A DNA stretch of 64,000 bases from assembly GCA_963663965.2 (NCBI GenBank), contig CAXXFK010000028.1, positions 320,001 to 384,000 on the forward strand, given 5' to 3'. Shown piece after piece: positions 19,547 to 28,766 of this stretch (position 1 is its first letter; every line of letters starts with the position of its first letter). Under the pieces are notes generated by a model. The model worked only from the letters and a program-made list of their open reading frames with translations. It was not told where the DNA came from and made no database searches. The position numbers and the translations under genes are program-made. Source of the stretch: Sedimentisphaerales bacterium (GTDB taxonomy: Bacteria > Planctomycetota > Phycisphaerae > Sedimentisphaerales > SM23-30).

Positions 19547-20677
19547 TTATTGTCTGGCCCAACCCCGTGCCTGGGTATCAACCAATATTTGACGCCAGGC
19601 GAGCTTGTCAGTATGATTATGATTTCTCAATCCCAGCGTTGACAGATATTCGACAAAACCAGGAGAAGAAGAACCATAATAGTCCTGCCATTCTTTTATC
19701 TTTTTATCGGGCTGATCATGCAGCCAGTTAATGATGACCGTTTCGATTTGGTCGGCGTGCTGATCCCAGGCGTTGAATAACTCATGATAAAAACAAGCCT
19801 GCTGGGCTTCGCTGCTGTCGCAGGCTCGACTGCCGGATTGATAGCCTGCCTCCGTCAGCCAGATGGCTTTCTGGGCAAAGGTATTAGTGATTCTATCAAA
19901 ATGATCATAAACCAACTCGGGCGCCAGTACCCGGAATTGGTCATCCTGCGGGTAGTAATTCAGCATAATCATATCGCTGGTCTGATTAAGCGCTTGAATT
20001 TCCGTTAGCCATTGGTCTTTTAGGATCGTATTGGTCACGGTCACTTTCACGCCGATTTTTAACGTCGGATACTTGGCATGAAGATATTCAGTCGCCGCGC
20101 GATAGAACCGGGTATAAGCCTCCCATTCGCGACCGGTTAAAAATAAATCAACTTCGTTGCCAATCGCCAATGCCGCAATGGTAACATTCGATGGAATACT
20201 GGCCATAATCCAGTCCATCAGGTTGGTAAAAGCGGCAATATATTGCGGGTCATCATAACTCAAATGTTTCAGATAATCCGGTGAAGTCCGCTCAACGGTA
20301 TTGATAACCGCCAGGCTGAACAGGATCTGGACATGGTGGTATCCATAGAACGGGATGGATTTGAAAATCGCCCAGGGATCATCGTAACAGCCTTGTGTTG
20401 TCTCAAACAGATTCCACGGTAAATTCAATTCGACCATCTGAATTCCCGCCTGACGGGCAACGGCAAAGGATGGTTCGAATCCTTTTTCGCTTTCTGATAC
20501 ATTGATGCCCAGCAACCGGTTGCCAACCGATAGGATGCTTGCCGGATCAGGTTGCTGAATAATTGAAGTGGCTTGTGATCTGTCTTTTGATAATACGACT
20601 TCCTCCTTTTTACACCCGGCCGGAAAAAGTATTATTAGAAAGATCAGTCCAAAAATGATGTATCGCTTAACAGACAT
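19547..20677 (-). CDS. Lipoprotein with a clan GH-A (beta/alpha)8 glycoside hydrolase-like domain
   Basis: Lipobox FPAGC; acid/base motif IGNEVD, NYYP and nucleophile motif WLTEAGY. Confidence 0.7.
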   Translation of the reverse strand: MSVKRYIIFGLIFLIILFPAGCKKEEVVLSKDRSQATSIIQQPDPASILSVGNRLLGINVSESEKGFEPSFAVARQAGIQMVELNLPWNLFETTQGCYDDPWAIFKSIPFYGYHHVQILFSLAVINTVERTSPDYLKHLSYDDPQYIAAFTNLMDWIMASIPSNVTIAALAIGNEVDLFLTGREWEAYTRFYRAATEYLHAKYPTLKIGVKVTVTNTILKDQWLTEIQALNQTSDMIMLNYYPQDDQFRVLAPELVYDHFDRITNTFAQKAIWLTEAGYQSGSRACDSSEAQQACFYHELFNAWDQHADQIETVIINWLHDQPDKKIKEWQDYYGSSSPGFVEYLSTLGLRNHNHTDKLAWRQILVDTQARGWARQ

Positions 20678-20904
20678 CTGGGGTATTCTCCATATAATCG
20701 TTTAAATATAAAAAAACATGATTATAACTCGAATGGATCTGTGAAAAGAATCACAGTCTTAGGGTGTTGTCGCAAGAAAACGTGTAATCTTACATGGATT
20801 TGGTGCTAATAATTTCTGTTAATATTACTAGACCTGGCAATCAACATTTCAATTGCCTGAAAAATAAAATTAATCCTGGATTTTACTCATTTAATCAGGT
20901 TAAT

Positions 20905-20921
20905 ATATGACATAGTCATAT
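20905..20921. promoter_or_regulatory. Palindromic operator-like site ATATGAC-ata-GTCATAT
   Basis: Perfect 7-bp inverted repeat ~35 nt upstream of the GNAT gene, in the divergent intergenic region. Confidence 0.4.
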
Positions 20922-20956
20922 GCAATGTCGCGTCATAGCATAGCCGTTAAAAAGTA

Positions 20957-21709
20957 ATGTGTAAATCGTCAGGGGGTTTTATGATTGATGAATTGATCGT
21001 TGAACCGATGACTGAAGATATCCTACTGTGGCGTTGCCTGCATTCCGGACCATTGACTCCGAAAGATCTGGATACCTGTCCATCAGACAATCAGCTTGAC
21101 TGGAACCGCTACCGAATGCGCAATCTGCCATTATTACGCAAACTGACCCGGCTTTATGGCGCCTGTGCGATCCTGGCGCTGGACGGCATTCGAATTGTCA
21201 GCATGCTTCGGTTCTATCCCAAAATAGTCTGTGAGTCAATGAATGATGGCCTGTGCATGCAGCAGGATTATCCAGCCGGTCCGCCTGACAATTTCGTCAA
21301 TCAAGATTTTCCCACCCTGGCTCAATTGGAGGAAAAAACGCTAACTATTCACTGTTTGATGACCGGCTGTTCTCAATGGCCCAGAAATCCTTACCAGAGA
21401 CATGGCCTGGGATCACGTCTTGTTCGTACCTTGATTGATTGGGCCCGGTCCAACCAATGGCAGGCCATCGAAGCCAGTGCCTTCGAAGATCTCCCCATCA
21501 TCTATGAAATTACCGGATCTGCCGGCCAGACCTTCTGGACAAAACTCGGATTCCAACTGATCGACCGTTATCCCCATCCTTATCTGCAAGATCAAAACGA
21601 TTCATTCGTGGCAACTTTGAAAAAACAGGCCCGCGCCGCGGGCATTCCTCCAGATAAAGCCACGGATAAACTGGTTATGCGGCTTGAACTAACCAACCAC
21701 AAAAATTAA
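20957..21709 (+). CDS. GNAT family N-acetyltransferase
   Basis: Acetyl-CoA motif A 'YQRHGLGSRLVRTLIDWAR' and 'FWTKLGF'. Confidence 0.8.
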   Translation: MCKSSGGFMIDELIVEPMTEDILLWRCLHSGPLTPKDLDTCPSDNQLDWNRYRMRNLPLLRKLTRLYGACAILALDGIRIVSMLRFYPKIVCESMNDGLCMQQDYPAGPPDNFVNQDFPTLAQLEEKTLTIHCLMTGCSQWPRNPYQRHGLGSRLVRTLIDWARSNQWQAIEASAFEDLPIIYEITGSAGQTFWTKLGFQLIDRYPHPYLQDQNDSFVATLKKQARAAGIPPDKATDKLVMRLELTNHKN

Positions 21710-21816
21710 GGGTACCTCCAAAACACCTCTACCGGCTGCAGATATGCAATATGCTGTCATTCGAAACAGTTAATCAAGAACACTTGGCTTAAACTTACAT
21801 AAAGGCTGTTTCGAAT

Positions 21817-23274
21817 ATGAATAAAAATTATTATTTTTATGAAGAATCCAACAAGATTGAATATCTGAAATATCATTTAAGGGTGCCCTTAACAGCGTGG
21901 CTGTTTTTCTTCGTGGCATTTGGGTTTGCAAACTGTTTACAGGCAGAATCCGAACAATCCCAACCGGCATCAGGTAGGGCGGGGGGGCTGGTTGTCATTG
22001 CCCCGCAATCCTTTCATAAGGCTCTGGATGACTATATCCAGCATAAGAAAACTCAACTCCCAGTGCGTCTGATTGCTCTGGAACAGGCTCTGCAAACCAG
22101 TGAAGGCGTAGATGACCCCGAACGCTTAAAGCAGTATCTCTATGATTTATGGCGGCAATATAAAATCAGTTATGCCCTGCTGGTCGGAGATGCCGATATC
22201 TTTCCCGTTCGCTATATGGTTCTGGATCGTATTACACCGGCGGCTTATGATTACGCCTTTTATCCCAGTGATCTTTATTATGCCGATCTGGCCCGGGCCG
22301 ATGGCAGTTTCGAAAACTGGAATCATCAACAGGAAGATTTTCATGCCCGCTATTTCGGTGAGGTACGCGGTGAAAAAAACAAAAATGATCCCATTAATTA
22401 TGATCAGATCCATTACCTGCCGGAGATCGCCGTTGGACGCTGGCCGGTCAGTACCCTTGACGAAGTAAAAACAATATCACAAAAAACGATCCGATACGAA
22501 AAAGGCCTGTTGGATGCTAATAAACCCAATCCACAATGCCTGGCGATGGTCAACGTGGGTGGCTGGGTGGATTGTCGCGGTCGCATGGATAAGATGACGG
22601 CCCGATTGGCCCCGGCCTGGACCATCGAAAAACGCTATTATTCAGATAAAAACCAGAAACCCCAAACCTCGCCGCCCTCCGCTGCAGAAGTGGTCGGATT
22701 AATGAATACTGGAGTGGGCATTATTTGCCATGCCGGCCATGGGCAGGATTCCCGGTGGGACCAGTCTCTGGCATTGACAGACCTTAAGAAGCTGAATAAT
22801 AATGATCGTTTGCCAATTATCTTTTCTGCCGGTTGCAGTACCGCCCGTTTTGCCACGTTGCCCCCTTATGAGCCCTATGTCGATATGGCGGGTGTGGAAC
22901 ATAAAGGCAGCGATTATGGCGAAGTGTTTGATGCCCCGCCGCCACCGCCGGCGCCCTGTCAGAAAGGCAAATATAACCCGCCCGGCATGGGAGAAGGTTT
23001 ATTGCGAAACGGACCGGATGGGGCGGTGGCCTATATCGGTTGCAACACCGGCAGCCAGCCCTGCGGGATGACCTTGATGGAGGGGTTTGTCTCCGGGCTG
23101 GGGCAAAAGCGTCTGGGTGACTGCTGGAACCATGCGATTGACTATTATTATAAAAATGAGCGCCTGGCAGATCTGAAACCGACTTCAAGCTGGTATCCGC
23201 CCAGTATCTTCTTTCAGGGCATGAAGTTCATGCTCTTTGGCGATCCAACCCTGCTGATGCCCGGTGCTGAGTAA
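21817..23274 (+). CDS. Peptidase C25 (gingipain family) cysteine peptidase
   Basis: YALLVGD, SDLYYADL, PEIAVGRWPV, catalytic His in HAGHG, catalytic Cys in FSAGC, C-terminal LFGDP; signal peptide-like N-terminus. Confidence 0.88.
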   Translation: MNKNYYFYEESNKIEYLKYHLRVPLTAWLFFFVAFGFANCLQAESEQSQPASGRAGGLVVIAPQSFHKALDDYIQHKKTQLPVRLIALEQALQTSEGVDDPERLKQYLYDLWRQYKISYALLVGDADIFPVRYMVLDRITPAAYDYAFYPSDLYYADLARADGSFENWNHQQEDFHARYFGEVRGEKNKNDPINYDQIHYLPEIAVGRWPVSTLDEVKTISQKTIRYEKGLLDANKPNPQCLAMVNVGGWVDCRGRMDKMTARLAPAWTIEKRYYSDKNQKPQTSPPSAAEVVGLMNTGVGIICHAGHGQDSRWDQSLALTDLKKLNNNDRLPIIFSAGCSTARFATLPPYEPYVDMAGVEHKGSDYGEVFDAPPPPPAPCQKGKYNPPGMGEGLLRNGPDGAVAYIGCNTGSQPCGMTLMEGFVSGLGQKRLGDCWNHAIDYYYKNERLADLKPTSSWYPPSIFFQGMKFMLFGDPTLLMPGAE

Positions 23275-23338
23275 CAAATAAATAGTGATTAGGATTGAAT
23301 ATAAAAATATTCCATACGCCCCGAGACAGGAAACCAAA

Positions 23339-25972
23339 ATGACCAATAAACTGATCCCTGCCGTTCTGCTTATGATCGGCATTTCAACCATCAACAGCGA
23401 CTGCTGGAGTATTGATAACCCGCAACTGATCTATCATCAACCGGCAAAAAAATGGGATTCCGAAGCGCTGCCCATCGGTAATGGCCGTATGGGCGCCATG
23501 CTCTTCGGTGGTGTGGCTGAGGAACACATCCAGTTTAATGAACAGAGCCTCTGGTCCGGCGATAACAATTGGGATGGCGCCTACGAATGCGGCGATCATG
23601 GTTTTGGCGCCTATCGCAATTTCGGCGACCTGACCATTACCTGGAATGGGGGAGCGCCGGTAGTCGATTCCCCCAGCGGCCATGCCGCCGGCAACGGCCA
23701 GCCCATTGCGGCGACGATCGATGGCGACCCGAAAACCAAATGGTGCATTGAAGAACCCGGCGATCAGGTCATCTGGCAGGCCGCCTTGCCATCACCTCAG
23801 GCCATCAAATGGTACAGCCTCACCAGCGCCAACGATGTCCCCCGGCGCGATCCGCAGGTTTGGCTGCTGGAAGGTTCACTCGATGGCAAAAAATGGTTCC
23901 CGCTGGACCGGCAGGAGTTGGACAAACCTTTCGAACAGCGTTTCCAGGCTAGACGATTCGAGATAGCGGATCCCCAGCCCTGTCGTTATTACCGGTTATC
24001 CTTTACACCAATGGATAAAGACCATTTTCAGCTGGCCGAAGTCAGCCTGGGTGACCTCTCTCTGGCTGATACCCCAACCCCCAAAGATTATCAACGATCA
24101 TTAAACCTGATCACCGGTATTCATACCACAACATTCAAACATAATAATATCGAATATCAGCGCGAGGCCTTCGCCAGTCATCCGGATCAGGTTTTGGTCT
24201 TCCGTACGACTGCCGATAAACCCAAAGCGCTGAGCGGTACAATCCGCCTGAAATCGGCCCAGGGAGCCTCGACGATAGCAACCGGGCAAGAATTATCTTT
24301 CAGTGGCGAAATGCCCAATCAACTTAAATATGCCTGCAAGCTTCATGTGTTATATCAGGGAGGTACCGTTCAGGCGCAAGATGATCAGTTGGTATTTGCC
24401 AACTGCGACAGTCTGACCCTGCTGATAAATGCCCGCACCAACTACAAACCCGACTATAATGCCGGTTGGCGTGGCGTCGATCCCGCACCGGTGATCGAAA
24501 CCGAACTGGCCGCGGCTTCGCGTAAACCCTTCGAAGTATTACGTACGGCCCACATCAAGGATTTATCCCGGTTACTGGACTCTGTTACAATCGATATTGG
24601 CCAGACCGATCCGGCAATCACTGCTCTGGCCACAGACGAACGGTTAAAACGCTATGCCGATGGTGAAATCGATCCCGATCTGGAAGAAATCATGTTCCAA
24701 TATGGCCGGTATCTCCTGGCCAGTTGTTCCCGTCCCGGCGGCTTACCGGCCAATTTGCAGGGACTCTGGAACAACAGTAACACCCCGCCCTGGGCCAGCG
24801 ATTATCACAACAATATCAACGTGCAGATGAATTACTGGGGTGCCGAAAGCACCGGCCTGAGCGAATGCCATCTGCCTCTGATCGATTTTGTCGTCGCCGC
24901 CGCCGAGCCCTGTCGTATCGCCACCCGCAAGGCGTTTGGCGAAAATACCCGCGGCTGGACCGCCCGCACCAGCCAGAGTATCTTCGGCGGCAACGGCTGG
25001 CAATGGAACATCCCCGCCAGCGCCTGGTACGCGCAGCATGCCTATGAACACTGGGCCTTTACCCGTGATAATGACTACCTGAAAAAAACCGCGTATCCCA
25101 TGCTGAAAGAAATCTGCCAGATGTGGGAAGACCGGCTCAAACCGCTGCCCGATGGCGCCCTGGTAGTCCCCATGGGCTGGTCGCCCGAGCACGGCCCGCG
25201 CGAAGACGGTGTCATGCACGACCAGCAGTTGATCTGGGATCTCTTCCAGAACTATCTCGATGCGGCCCGGGCCCTGGAAGTGGATGAAGATTATCAGCAG
25301 AAAGTGGCTCAGCTGCAGGCAAAGCTCGCCCCCAATAAAATCGGCAAATGGGGCCAGCTCCAGGAATGGCAGGCCGACCGCGATGATCCCGACGATCAGC
25401 ACCGCCATACCTCTCACCTGTTCGCTGTCTATCCCGGCCGCCAGATCAGTCTGACCCAGACCCCCGATCTGGCCTACGCTGCCATTGTCTCCCTGCGCAG
25501 CCGCAGCGGCAATTACGGCACCAACAAAGACAAACCCTTCACCGTCGAATCGACCATCGGCGATAGCCGCCGTTCATGGACCTGGCCCTGGCGCTGTGCC
25601 CTCTGGGCCCGGCTCGGCGAAGGTGAACGCGCCGGTATCATGGTCCGCGGCTTATTGACCTACAACACCCTGTCTAACCTGTTCTGCACTCATCCACCCT
25701 TCCAGATGGATGGCAATTTCGGCATCACCGGCGCCATCCCCGAAATGCTCCTGCAATCTCACGCCGGCGAAATCAATTTACTGCCGGCCCTGCCCCAATC
25801 CTGGGCCAGACAAGGCTTCTTTCGCGGCCTCAAAGCCCGCGGTGGTTATACCGTCAACTGCACCTGGAAAGATGGCAAAGTGACCCAATATGAAATCGCT
25901 TCCCCGCAGGGAGGCGAAGTAACCGCCCGGATCAACGGCCAGGTAAAAAAGGTGAAGGTGGTAAAAAAGTGA
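23339..25972 (+). CDS. GH95 alpha-L-fucosidase with an inserted F5/8 type C (CBM32-like) domain
   Basis: EALPIGNGRMGAM, QFNEQSLWSG, FQYGRYLL, PANLQGLWN, DYHNNINVQMNYW, HRHTSHL and FQMDGNFG motifs. Start at ATG 23339 after AGGA. Confidence 0.93.
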   Translation: MTNKLIPAVLLMIGISTINSDCWSIDNPQLIYHQPAKKWDSEALPIGNGRMGAMLFGGVAEEHIQFNEQSLWSGDNNWDGAYECGDHGFGAYRNFGDLTITWNGGAPVVDSPSGHAAGNGQPIAATIDGDPKTKWCIEEPGDQVIWQAALPSPQAIKWYSLTSANDVPRRDPQVWLLEGSLDGKKWFPLDRQELDKPFEQRFQARRFEIADPQPCRYYRLSFTPMDKDHFQLAEVSLGDLSLADTPTPKDYQRSLNLITGIHTTTFKHNNIEYQREAFASHPDQVLVFRTTADKPKALSGTIRLKSAQGASTIATGQELSFSGEMPNQLKYACKLHVLYQGGTVQAQDDQLVFANCDSLTLLINARTNYKPDYNAGWRGVDPAPVIETELAAASRKPFEVLRTAHIKDLSRLLDSVTIDIGQTDPAITALATDERLKRYADGEIDPDLEEIMFQYGRYLLASCSRPGGLPANLQGLWNNSNTPPWASDYHNNINVQMNYWGAESTGLSECHLPLIDFVVAAAEPCRIATRKAFGENTRGWTARTSQSIFGGNGWQWNIPASAWYAQHAYEHWAFTRDNDYLKKTAYPMLKEICQMWEDRLKPLPDGALVVPMGWSPEHGPREDGVMHDQQLIWDLFQNYLDAARALEVDEDYQQKVAQLQAKLAPNKIGKWGQLQEWQADRDDPDDQHRHTSHLFAVYPGRQISLTQTPDLAYAAIVSLRSRSGNYGTNKDKPFTVESTIGDSRRSWTWPWRCALWARLGEGERAGIMVRGLLTYNTLSNLFCTHPPFQMDGNFGITGAIPEMLLQSHAGEINLLPALPQSWARQGFFRGLKARGGYTVNCTWKDGKVTQYEIASPQGGEVTARINGQVKKVKVVKK

Positions 25973-26405
25973 TAAGCTATTATTGTTATCAATACAATCG
26001 CTTTGTTACCTCGAAATCACTTTAAACCCGGCTTTAACAGCGGGGCCTGCGTCCCAGACTATGCCTTCTCCTTTGCTATGTTGAACAACATAAAAATTCG
26101 TTGTTATATTTTATGGGTGGCTAAGCTTTACATTTGGTGTTCATTTAGGATTATAAATCCAGTTTAATCAAAGAGAAATTAATTCTATTGGATTCTCAAC
26201 CTTAAGGACAGTCCGCCCAACATATCCTTTTTCAATATAAACGGGTCATATTTAAATTTTCTCGACTTATTTTTTCATTATTTTTTTGTCCAATTCCATC
26301 GGTCAAGGTGCCGTAATAAGTAACTGCCAAGGCAATATTTGTTGATTATTAAGGCAGACCTGACTTTTATTCAGATAATAGGATTGTTTTGAAAGAGATC
26401 ATTGT

Positions 26406-26930
26406 TTGGATACAGAAAAACATAAATTATTTCTAAAGCTGATCTTAGAACACCAACCTAAAATATATGCCTATATCTTAACGTTGGTCCCAAGCTATCC
26501 CGATGCGGATGATATCCTGCAAAATGCCTGTGAAATTATGTGGCGTCGGTTTGATCAATTTGAACCTGGAACCAATTTTCTCGCCTGGGCCATCAAATGC
26601 GCCTATTTTGAGATTATTAATTTCCGGAAAAATAAAGCGAAATCCCGTGAAATTGTCTTCGATAGTGAAACCTTCGAACAGATGCTTCCGGTTCTGAATG
26701 ATGAAATTAAAACCATCGACCATCGTCGGGAAGCGCTCGAACAGTGTCTCGACAAATTGCAGGGCAAGCAGCGGGATATTATCAAACTACGCTACAATAT
26801 GGATTTAAGGCCAAAAGATATCGCGCTCCGTATGGGATATACCGTGGCCAATATGTATAAATTAATCTCGAGAATTCAAAAGAAACTACTTTCCTGTATC
26901 GAACGCAATACCAATCGGATCTATGGCTAA
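26406..26930 (+). CDS. ECF sigma-70 factor (Planctomycete/Verrucomicrobia type)
   Basis: IYAYILTLV..DADDILQ...FEPGTNFLAWA region 2; ALEQCLDKL...LRY region 4; followed by an anti-sigma gene. Confidence 0.9.
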   Translation: MDTEKHKLFLKLILEHQPKIYAYILTLVPSYPDADDILQNACEIMWRRFDQFEPGTNFLAWAIKCAYFEIINFRKNKAKSREIVFDSETFEQMLPVLNDEIKTIDHRREALEQCLDKLQGKQRDIIKLRYNMDLRPKDIALRMGYTVANMYKLISRIQKKLLSCIERNTNRIYG

Positions 26931-28653
26931 CCCTCTTATGAATGACCCCGTCAATAATCAGATTGCCGAACTGCTGTCGCTTGCTCTGGAGCATGAGATT
27001 ACCGATGACCAGATTCAACAACTCAATGCCCTGGTCAAAAATCATCCCGATCGGATTCAATTTGCCGTCAACTATCTTCAACTGAGTTCAGCGTTAAAAT
27101 TTTCCAAAAAAATTGCCGGCATGGAGCAATCCTGGAATGCCGCCAGTCCGAATCCAAACGCGATCATGGAAACCTTGGCCTTAATGGCCGAAGATGAAAA
27201 GTTGGCCCCTGCGGTTGAGCCGGAGATCCCGCTTCCCGAAATTCAGAATATTCCACCCAAAAAGCCGGAAGCCCCTCAGGTTAATTACCGGATTAAAAAG
27301 AGAACCATCGCTTCGATTGCCGCGATTATCACGATTATCTTTTACATCCATTTTGTTCAGTACTCGGCATCAAAGTCTAAAAATAGCTGCGTCGCCCGGT
27401 TAATTAATACGGTTGACGCCCAATGGGAAACGGTTTCAGGTAATCAAACAATAGCCACTGATTTATGCCCCGGTCCCATGAAATTAACTCATGGTCTGGC
27501 CGAGATTCAGTTGAACAGTGGTGTCAATGTCATCATTGAAGCGCCGACTCAGTTTACCCTGGAATCCTCCAGTCAGCTTTTTCTCCAACAAGGTCGTTTG
27601 GTGGCAAAAATTGATAATGTCACAGATAATCCGTTTGTTGTCCGGTCAACCCATGCCAGTATTGTCGATTATGGCACGGAATTTGGTGTTCAGGTTGATA
27701 CTGTCGGCAATACGCTCACACATGTCTATCAGGGCAAAGTGGAATTGAGAAGCGGGTCTAATCCCCTGCGTTTCGAAAACAGCATGGTCCTGGTGCAGAA
27801 TCAGGCCGGCCTGGCCGATAACAAGGGGAGTTTTTCTTCTCAGGAGGGCTTGGCCGGCCGGTTTGTACGCCGGCATGAATTCAATACCAAAGCCATGGCC
27901 GCCCGCGGCTCCGCCTACCATCGTTGGCTGGCCTACCGTTATCAGTTGCAGCGAGATCCGGATCTGGTTGCGTACTATACCTTTGAACGCGATAGTAAAA
28001 ATCCGGATCAACTGATTAATATGGCCAATGCCACCTCAGGCATGTTAAATGGAACATTAAAAGCGGCCAACCCTCTCGCGTTGCCCATCTGGACCGAGGG
28101 GCGCTGGCCTCAAACAACCGCTCTGTTGTTTGACCGGTCCCAAAAGCAATATGTGCAAGTCCCCCCCAATCCCGCTTTCAGCCTCAACGGGCCGATCACA
28201 GTCGCTGCCTGGGTCAATTGTTCTGGACCGGACGATGGCGGCCATATCCTGTCCAACCGGGTTGGGGTAAGGTCCTTATGCAACTACCAGTTGGGATATC
28301 GAAGCCCAACCTATCCCGAATGGAAACACGGAATGCATCTGTCACGCAAAAAAGACAGTCAGGATAAAAACAATCAAATTTACAGCAAAACGCTGCCGGA
28401 TGTTTCCGGTTGGGTCTTGATTGCTGCCACCCATGATAATCAGGTCGTAAAATTCTATCTGAATGGAAAACGGGTCGATGTCAAAAATTGGCCGGTTACT
28501 CAGCCTCTCGAAGAAGCGGGTCTCATGATTGGATCGGATTTCTCACCGGATGATCCGTCCCGCTTCAATGGCAAACTCAGTGAAATCATCATTGCCAGGC
28601 GCGTGTTCTCCGAGCAGGAAATGGCTGAAATGTTTCAGGCCGGAAAACCATAA
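26923..28653 (+). CDS. FecR-domain anti-sigma factor with a C-terminal LamG/concanavalin domain
   Basis: Single TM; FecR motif 'IVDYGTEFGV...HVYQGKVEL'; LamG motifs LVAYYTFE, ITVAAWV, FYLNG and FNGKLSEI. Confidence 0.88.
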   Translation: MANPLMNDPVNNQIAELLSLALEHEITDDQIQQLNALVKNHPDRIQFAVNYLQLSSALKFSKKIAGMEQSWNAASPNPNAIMETLALMAEDEKLAPAVEPEIPLPEIQNIPPKKPEAPQVNYRIKKRTIASIAAIITIIFYIHFVQYSASKSKNSCVARLINTVDAQWETVSGNQTIATDLCPGPMKLTHGLAEIQLNSGVNVIIEAPTQFTLESSSQLFLQQGRLVAKIDNVTDNPFVVRSTHASIVDYGTEFGVQVDTVGNTLTHVYQGKVELRSGSNPLRFENSMVLVQNQAGLADNKGSFSSQEGLAGRFVRRHEFNTKAMAARGSAYHRWLAYRYQLQRDPDLVAYYTFERDSKNPDQLINMANATSGMLNGTLKAANPLALPIWTEGRWPQTTALLFDRSQKQYVQVPPNPAFSLNGPITVAAWVNCSGPDDGGHILSNRVGVRSLCNYQLGYRSPTYPEWKHGMHLSRKKDSQDKNNQIYSKTLPDVSGWVLIAATHDNQVVKFYLNGKRVDVKNWPVTQPLEEAGLMIGSDFSPDDPSRFNGKLSEIIIARRVFSEQEMAEMFQAGKP

Positions 28654-28766
28654 ACATTCCTGTTGACTGACCAAGTTTGCAAAAAATAATTTATGGAAAA
28701 TCGTTCGAGTGTGTCGCCCGAACATCATTCCACCCATGGATACTCTTTGTCTAAGGAGAAAATAAA

